A DNA stretch of 64,000 nucleotides, taken from positions 227,037 to 291,036 of the forward strand of contig JBAZNQ010000001.1 in NCBI GenBank assembly GCA_041649135.1, given 5' to 3'. Positions 57,840 to 64,000 of the stretch are shown here, in pieces; position 1 is the stretch's first letter, and each line of letters starts with the position of its first letter. A program made the position numbers and the translations under genes. Source of the stretch: Patescibacteria group bacterium. Lineage in GTDB: Bacteria; Patescibacteriota; Kazan-3B-28. Under the pieces are notes generated by a model that saw only the letters and a list, made by a program, of their open reading frames with translations, made no database searches and was not told the DNA's origin.

Positions 57840-58065
57840 TATCTCCCTGCCTCCTTGTCATTCCCGCGCAGGCGGGAATCCATTTTCCCCCTCCCACCCG
57901 TTCGTCTATAAGTCTATCTGTCTATAAGTCCATTCGTCTACCCGTCTATTAGTCTACCCAAAAATCCGCCCCCAGCCTAGTATTTCATTGAATCTCCGCC
58001 AATCCAAACAATCTCCACCCATATCTTTTTGGTTAGATTGGATTAAATTGGATAGATTGGTTAGA

Positions 58066-59793
58066 TTATCTCGTTGGTGCTATTCTCCAGTAATCCAACA
58101 AAAACTTGGCAATATCCCCAAACAACGGCGCCGCCGAACTTTCGGCATAAACCACATCTTTCGGGTGATCAATTCTCGTTATCATTACAAATCGTGGATT
58201 TTCTACCGGCCCAAATCCTACAAATGTACCGATCGTCGAGCCCACACCAGACATGTATCCACCATTTGGACTCGCTACCTGCGCCGTACCAGTTTTACCA
58301 GCGATGTAGTATCCATCCACACCAGCCTGCGTACCATGACCACGTTCTACTACTCCCACCATCATTGCCGACACCAGTTGTGCCGCTTGTGATGACACTA
58401 CCTGACCTTTTACATCCGGGCCAATACTGACTGCGCCAGAAGGATATAAAATCCTGTCCACCAAATGTGGTTGTAACAATTTACCATCATTCGCGATCGC
58501 TCCGATTGCCGCCAGCATTTGGATTGTCGTTACCGCAATCCCCTGACCAAACGCCATGGTTGCCAAATCCACATCGCTCCAATTCTTAATTTCCTTCACC
58601 TGCGCCGCCACTTCCCCCGCAGATTCCACACCAGTCGGCGCCAAAAACCCAAATGCCTCTAAATACTTGCGAAATAGATTTTTACCCAATTTTTGTACTA
58701 CATACACCGCACCCGTGTTTAATGATTTTTCCAGCACCTGCGTCATTGTTTGTTGCCCATGTGCCAATTTATCCGAGTTCTTAATCGTTCTATCATTCAC
58801 TTCCACCGACCCAGTATCAGTATAAGTCGTGCCTGGCGCCACTAGTCCCGCATCAATTCCCGCCGCCATCGTAATTACTTTAAACACCGACCCCGGCTCA
58901 TACACCTGCGACGTATTCATATTCGTAAATAATTCCAGCGCCGATGTATTGTAGCTGTTCGGATCAAAATTGGGATAGGCCGCCATAGCAATAATTTTGC
59001 CCGTCTTCGGATCCATCACAATTACGCTACCCTTCTCGGCCTTGTGTTTTTCTACTGATGCTTTTAATGCCTTCTCAACTTGATACTGGATCGCTCGATC
59101 AATCGTCAGCACCACATCCAACCCATCTTCGGGGTCCACGTTCTCTCGTTTGCCCAAAGCGATCTGACCACCAAACACATCCTGCTCTGCCTCCAGCAAA
59201 CCCGCCTCGCCTCCCAATTCTTTATCAAAATACCCTTCCAACCCGTATTGGCCAACCCCGTCGCGGTTGACGAAGCCTAACCCCTGCGCCAACATCGTCG
59301 CTTCTGGATAATAACGATATTGTTCCGACACTAAATAAACTCCCGTCAAATCCAAGTCAGCAATTTCCTGCGCTTCCTTCTCTTCAATTTTCCGTTTTAA
59401 TGGTGGCAGATACTTTGCCTTGGATGATAATTTTGTGATCAATTCACTTTCTTCTAGCCCACTACCGGACAAATACGGCATCAGTTTAGTCGCCACCAAT
59501 TCTGGTCTTTCGATTTGCGCCGGAACAACCTGCAAAGCAAATAATGTTACGTTGGTCGCCAACGGATACAACTCTCCATCATCATCTTCCACCAAAATCT
59601 TGCCCCTTTGTGCTGGCACAATCTGACTGTTCACATGCTGCTCCTTAGCCATCGTTGAAAAATGCCGATACTGAATTACCTGTCGCTCGAATAACATCAA
59701 AAACAACATAAACAACAGCAATCCAAATGCTCCGGCAATCAAACCGATCCGGTATCGCTGTTCATATTGTAATGAAGTCGCCCGATCTAACAT
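58066..59793 (-). CDS. ftsI: Class B penicillin-binding protein (FtsI)
   Basis: SVFK, SLN, KTGT motifs; dcw position. Confidence 0.9.
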   Translation of the reverse strand: MLDRATSLQYEQRYRIGLIAGAFGLLLFMLFLMLFERQVIQYRHFSTMAKEQHVNSQIVPAQRGKILVEDDDGELYPLATNVTLFALQVVPAQIERPELVATKLMPYLSGSGLEESELITKLSSKAKYLPPLKRKIEEKEAQEIADLDLTGVYLVSEQYRYYPEATMLAQGLGFVNRDGVGQYGLEGYFDKELGGEAGLLEAEQDVFGGQIALGKRENVDPEDGLDVVLTIDRAIQYQVEKALKASVEKHKAEKGSVIVMDPKTGKIIAMAAYPNFDPNSYNTSALELFTNMNTSQVYEPGSVFKVITMAAGIDAGLVAPGTTYTDTGSVEVNDRTIKNSDKLAHGQQTMTQVLEKSLNTGAVYVVQKLGKNLFRKYLEAFGFLAPTGVESAGEVAAQVKEIKNWSDVDLATMAFGQGIAVTTIQMLAAIGAIANDGKLLQPHLVDRILYPSGAVSIGPDVKGQVVSSQAAQLVSAMMVGVVERGHGTQAGVDGYYIAGKTGTAQVASPNGGYMSGVGSTIGTFVGFGPVENPRFVMITRIDHPKDVVYAESSAAPLFGDIAKFLLDYWRIAPTR

Positions 59794-59892
59794 ACCTCAT
59801 TAATCTAACCAATTTATCCAATTTAATCCAATCTCACCAAGAGGCTATTGGTAGAGATTGTTTAGATTGTTCAGATTGGTGAGATTTCCGTT

Positions 59893-60315
59893 CTACCGTT
59901 GTGCCAAGGCCGTGTAGCTTGGCAAATAGGTGTAGTGTTTCGATGGCACCAACTTTGGCGCACTCGGCACAAAGGTTACTGGAGTTTTGTTAGTTGTGGT
60001 GTCACTATCAGTCGTTGTTTTGTCATTATCTCCTACCTCCACTTGCCCGCTAGCATCAGCGTCAATCACCTGTAAAGATTTTAGTCTGGCCGCTTCCACT
60101 TCCAAACGTTGGTTTTGAGCTTCTAAGTCTCGACTGTCTATTTCCAACATCCGCAACTCTGTACCTTTATTTGATACGACATTCACCAACACAAAATAAA
60201 AGCCTCCCACCAAGAAGAAAAGTCCCAACATCAAATAAGTCATCGACTTAGGATTTAAATTAAATCTCTTGGTCAGATTGAAACTTGGCAATTTGAAACT
60301 GAATTTCTTTCGCAT
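59893..60315 (-). CDS. FtsL-like bitopic coiled-coil protein
   Basis: TM plus coiled coil between rsmH and ftsI. Confidence 0.65.
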   Translation of the reverse strand: MRKKFSFKLPSFNLTKRFNLNPKSMTYLMLGLFFLVGGFYFVLVNVVSNKGTELRMLEIDSRDLEAQNQRLEVEAARLKSLQVIDADASGQVEVGDNDKTTTDSDTTTNKTPVTFVPSAPKLVPSKHYTYLPSYTALAQR

Positions 60316-60377
60316 CTTTTTTGAGCCTTATCATTTAACTAGTGGCTAGTGGCTATCCCCTAGTGGCTTTGTCGCGG

Positions 60378-61268
60378 CTATTCCCTAGTGGCTAACCTCT
60401 CTACCGCTCTTAATTTCGCACTGCGAGAACGTGAATTGCTACGCCGCTCCTCCCAAGAAGGCGGCAATGCCTTCTTGGTGAGCGGACGGGTTCTCCCCCC
60501 AGTGGCTTCGTTTTTAAAAAAGTTTTTAACGATCCGATCTTCTAGTGAGTGAAAGGTAATCACCACTAGTCGGCCTTGAGGTTTTAACAGCTCGATCGCC
60601 TGTGGTAATGCTTCTCTCAATGCTTGCAGTTCATCATTGACCGCGATCCGCAAGGCTTGGAACACTCTGGTCGCCGGATGGATTTTCCCCTGATGACCGC
60701 CTACAACTCGCACCAAATCCATCGTTGTAGCGATCGGCGCTCTCCGTCTGGCTTCCAAAATCCGCTTAGTAATCGCTTCCGCTTTCGGCTCTTCGCCATA
60801 TTCCGCCAAGATCCTGACCAGCTCGTTGTAGCTCGCGCGGTTCACCAGCTCTGCGGCAGTTGTCCCACCGCTCGTCGTATCCATCCGCATATCTAAAGGG
60901 GCATCGTGTAAAAAAGAAAAACCCCGAGTCGGTTCATCTATTTGAAAAGATGAGAAACCCAGGTCGAATAATATTCCGTCAACTCTTCGGTAGCCGGCAT
61001 TTTCAACCAACTCACGAAGATGGCGGAAATTGCCGTGTACCAAAACCACTCTGTCGTTAAAGCTTTTGAGATTGTCGTTTGCGATCTGTAAAGTTTGTTC
61101 ATCTTGATCAATTCCAATCAGTCGTCCGTTTGGGCCGAGTTTCTCTGCGAGTATCCGTGCATGGCCCCCCAACCCTACCGTTGCATCCACCAAAATGTCA
61201 TCCGGCTGTGGCGCCAGAAACTCGAGAGCTTCTTTGGCCAACACCGGAATATGGCTGGGTTTAGACAT
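60378..61268 (-). CDS. rsmH: 16S rRNA m4C1402 methyltransferase
   Basis: HIPVL, DATVGLGGH, LDMRM, FQALRIAVN, FHSLEDR, RSAKLR. Confidence 0.97.
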   Translation of the reverse strand: MSKPSHIPVLAKEALEFLAPQPDDILVDATVGLGGHARILAEKLGPNGRLIGIDQDEQTLQIANDNLKSFNDRVVLVHGNFRHLRELVENAGYRRVDGILFDLGFSSFQIDEPTRGFSFLHDAPLDMRMDTTSGGTTAAELVNRASYNELVRILAEYGEEPKAEAITKRILEARRRAPIATTMDLVRVVGGHQGKIHPATRVFQALRIAVNDELQALREALPQAIELLKPQGRLVVITFHSLEDRIVKNFFKNEATGGRTRPLTKKALPPSWEERRSNSRSRSAKLRAVERLATRE

Positions 61269-61597
61269 CTAGTTAGTAATGAGTTATGAGTATCGAGTCG
61301 TGAGTGATGGGCAAAGAGTTATAAACCGTGTTTCTCATCTCTCATCTCTCGTCTCTCGTCTCTATTTGTTATCCATTAGTTTGGTTCGATTCGCCGGCAA
61401 CCTGATTTAGGAGGTTGTAAATTGTTTTACCCAAGGGGATGGGTGTTTGGAGGTTTGCAAACTTTTTTTAGGAGGTGAAAAGTTCAGCAAGATAATGACT
61501 AGATAACTAATTGTGTCAAGTTGCCGGCGTCGAACTCTGCGAAATATTAAAATTGTTTTTGCCTTTTTGGTTAGATTGGTGAGATTGGTTAGATTTT

Positions 61598-62041
61598 TCA
61601 AATAAACAACGCTTCTGCCATTTTTTCTGATTCTTTTTCAGTCTTCTTTTTGTATGCGTCCCAAGCCTTCTCACTCCAGATTTCCAATCGACTCATCAAT
61701 CCGGCGATAATTGAGCTACCCTTGAGTTGCGCAAAATCTATTAAATAATTTGGTAAATTAATTCTTCCCTGCGAATCAATTTCTACCATCATCGCTCCCG
61801 CCAGCATTAATCTAGCAAAAGCTCTCGCATTACCTTGAGAAATTGGCATTTGTGTTAATTTAGCAACCAACTTGCTCCACTCATCGGCTGTATATAAGAA
61901 CAGACAGCCGTCGAGTCCTTTGGTCACTACTGCACCTTTTTTCAATTTGCTACGAAATTTTGCCGGAATAGCAAGTCTACCCTTGTCGTCCAACTGATGT
62001 TTGTACTCACCAATAAACAGGTTATCCACTTTTGCCTCCAC
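61598..62041 (-). CDS. mraZ: Division/cell-wall cluster regulator MraZ; start uncertain
   Basis: LDDKGRL, IDSQGRI, RLEIW. Confidence 0.95.
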   Translation of the reverse strand: MEAKVDNLFIGEYKHQLDDKGRLAIPAKFRSKLKKGAVVTKGLDGCLFLYTADEWSKLVAKLTQMPISQGNARAFARLMLAGAMMVEIDSQGRINLPNYLIDFAQLKGSSIIAGLMSRLEIWSEKAWDAYKKKTEKESEKMAEALFI

Positions 62042-62084
62042 TTATCCCCACATTTCTCCACAACGTCTTTATTGTACACCACTT
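62026..62084 (-). promoter_or_regulatory. Putative MraZ-binding GTGG direct repeats
   Basis: Minus strand gtggagaaat-gtggggataa-gtggagg, about 10-bp spacing. Confidence 0.65.
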
Positions 62085-62428
62085 ATCTTTTCATCTTCAA
62101 CACTTTTAATCTAAAACTTTAATAATTCGCTACCGAAGCGAATTATTTATATGCCAAAACTGGCAGACACTTAATTTGTCCACACCGATTTTCGTCAGAT
62201 TAACTGAAAAAGGACTTCCCAAGGGTTCACGATCTCGCATCCCTCTGACAAGTGCCGCAAAGTACCAAGATGCAGGTAGGGCTGGGGTAAATCTCCAACC
62301 ACCCTACCCGCTTGTGAGAAATACCAGGTTCCTATCGCAACATACCAAACCCAATTCCCATCAGTCAATTACCCGTTCTCTGCTAAATAAAACTGCCTTC
62401 TTAGAAGAAGGCAGTAGCCACACAATGT

Positions 62429-62680
62429 TCAACGGAACCGGTCTGGATCCCCCATAGCAGGAACCAACTTACCAATCTTTGTCTCATCTCTGTCTACTTG
62501 AGCCCGACCTTCATTCGCAAGCTGGGAATTACGAATACCAACCTCCTGTCGCAACTTTTGTTGCTGCTCACCTGTAAAGGTCGGCCAATAGGCGACAGCA
62601 CTCACCCAACGCATTACCTTAAAAAGCTGTGGGTGATCGTTAGCCCTTTTGATCTCGGCTCTAGCCTGCTCAAAGGTCAT
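62429..62680 (-). CDS. Hypothetical protein
   Basis: Start overlaps upstream stop (TAATG); GAGGTG upstream. Confidence 0.55.
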   Translation of the reverse strand: MTFEQARAEIKRANDHPQLFKVMRWVSAVAYWPTFTGEQQQKLRQEVGIRNSQLANEGRAQVDRDETKIGKLVPAMGDPDRFR

Positions 62681-63054
62681 TATCTCACCTCTTTCGTCGC
62701 TACATCACCTGCTGCGCTTGCCACACCCAATGACAGCGATCGCTTATTAGGTGCTACGGGGTGTACCGTCCGGTAACAATCAAAGCAGATCCACCCATCG
62801 GTTCCTTTCAGACAGTGGTTGCAGCAAAAAAGTCTTCCGCACCTAACACAGCGATATAGACCGAGCTTGGTATACCTCTGCCCGCATCCACTGACCGCAC
62901 ATTTACCATTACCCGACTTCTCTGCCAAGGTACCGCTCCTCTCGGAAAATTTAACTACACTATTAATGACAGAGACTTCACTCCCAGTCAAACTTTTCCC
63001 ATCCCATTCCATTTCCGCCATTGGAGCCCAACCATCCTTATCCTTCTCCCTCAA
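62680..63054 (-). CDS. Cys-rich zinc-finger protein (AN1-like)
   Basis: CAVSGC...CVRCGRLFCCNHC...CFDC. Confidence 0.55.
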   Translation of the reverse strand: MREKDKDGWAPMAEMEWDGKSLTGSEVSVINSVVKFSERSGTLAEKSGNGKCAVSGCGQRYTKLGLYRCVRCGRLFCCNHCLKGTDGWICFDCYRTVHPVAPNKRSLSLGVASAAGDVATKEVR

Positions 63055-63110
63055 TTGCGCCTACCCACACCTCTGGAGGGCTAGCTAACCAAAGAAAATC
63101 AACCAGCATA

Positions 63111-64000
63111 TTAGCCTAGTTTAGCTTCCAGCCATTCCATGATCCCTGCGATTGGCACCCGTTCCTGTTTCATTGTGTCTCTGTCACGAACCGTTACCAT
63201 ATTGTCTTCCAACGAATCAAAATCTACCGTAATACAGTACGGCGTACCGATCTCATCTTGCCGACGATACCGCCGACCAACTGTCCCCGATTCGTCATAT
63301 TCTACAAACCATTTTTCTTTTAATTGATGTAGAATTTCTTTGGCTTTTATGATCAGCGGCTCTTTTTTTATTAATGGGAACACCGCCGCCTTAATTGGCG
63401 CCAATCTGGGGTGGAACTTCAATATTATTCTCTCTTCCCCACTTACCTGCTCATCCGCTAACCCGCTAACCCGCTCTTTCGTGTAGGCATCCACCAAAAA
63501 CGCCAATACTGCCCGATCTACCCCACCTGATGGCTCGATCACATGCGGCAAAATTTTTGTCTTGGTCTCTTCGTCAAAATATTTTAATTCTTGCCCCGAA
63601 AACTTCTCGTGTTGGCTTAGATCATAATTTCCTCTATTGGCAACCCCTTCCAGTTCCGAAAAACCAAATGGAAAATTATACTCCACATCAGTTGCCTCGA
63701 TTGCATAATGCGCCAGCTCCGTTTTCTCATGTTCCCGCAATCGCAAATTGTCTGACTTAATCCCCAAGTTTTTATACCAATCAAACCGCGCCTTCACCCA
63801 TTCATCAAATGCTTTTTTTGCCTCGAGAGCGCTTTTCACAAAATACTCAATTTCAAATTGTTCAAATTCCCGAGTTCGGAATGTAAAATTCCCCGGCGTA
63901 ATTTCATTCCGAAAAGACTTTCCGATCTGTGCCACCCCGAACGGCAATTTATTGCGGGTAGTATCAAGGATGGTTTTGAAATCCACAAAAATTCCCTGCG
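63111..64000 (-). CDS. glyQS: Glycine--tRNA ligase, alpha2 type, 5'-truncated by window edge
   Basis: QIGKSFRNEITP, FRTREFEQ, IEPSGG, RRYRRQDEIGTPY. Confidence 0.96.
   Translation of the reverse strand, partial: QGIFVDFKTILDTTRNKLPFGVAQIGKSFRNEITPGNFTFRTREFEQFEIEYFVKSALEAKKAFDEWVKARFDWYKNLGIKSDNLRLREHEKTELAHYAIEATDVEYNFPFGFSELEGVANRGNYDLSQHEKFSGQELKYFDEETKTKILPHVIEPSGGVDRAVLAFLVDAYTKERVSGLADEQVSGEERIILKFHPRLAPIKAAVFPLIKKEPLIIKAKEILHQLKEKWFVEYDESGTVGRRYRRQDEIGTPYCITVDFDSLEDNMVTVRDRDTMKQERVPIAGIMEWLEAKLG

Noticed and set aside
38837-62041. Absence of murE, ddl, ftsA and ftsZ from the dcw cluster as gene loss
   Set aside because: They may lie elsewhere in the genome; this cannot be judged from one window

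Overview
Bacterial chromosome segment whose gene set (alpha2-type GlyRS, DUF5652, GerMN/Gmad2 proteins, a PaaX/Cas2-like ORF, tailed ribosomal proteins) suggests a Patescibacteria/CPR genome; this taxonomy is inference. Most of it is minus-strand housekeeping: uvrB, trmD, rpsP, rbfA, infB, rpsA, gyrA, murB, cysS, recR, dnaB, dnaX and a split dcw cluster. It also holds tRNA-Gln with a short accessory island. Highlights: (1) a complete diversity-generating retroelement (RT, antisense avd, 116-bp TR/VR pair with 16/16 mismatches at TR adenines, target gene) directly upstream of murD, with a C10 tract that puts the only upstream ATG of avd out of frame; (2) two tandem promoter-to-terminator units with no credible ORF at ~13.0-14.07 kb that fold into many hairpins and look like unannotated ncRNAs of ~240 and ~680 nt; (3) many palindromic repeats, including RPE-like GTCAT...ATGAC elements (some in frame inside essential genes, one pair bracketing a GIY-YIG gene) and CGGCCG-centred long palindromes (one pair bracketing a PaaX/Cas2-like gene). 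All alignments and folds were done by eye; no database searches were run.
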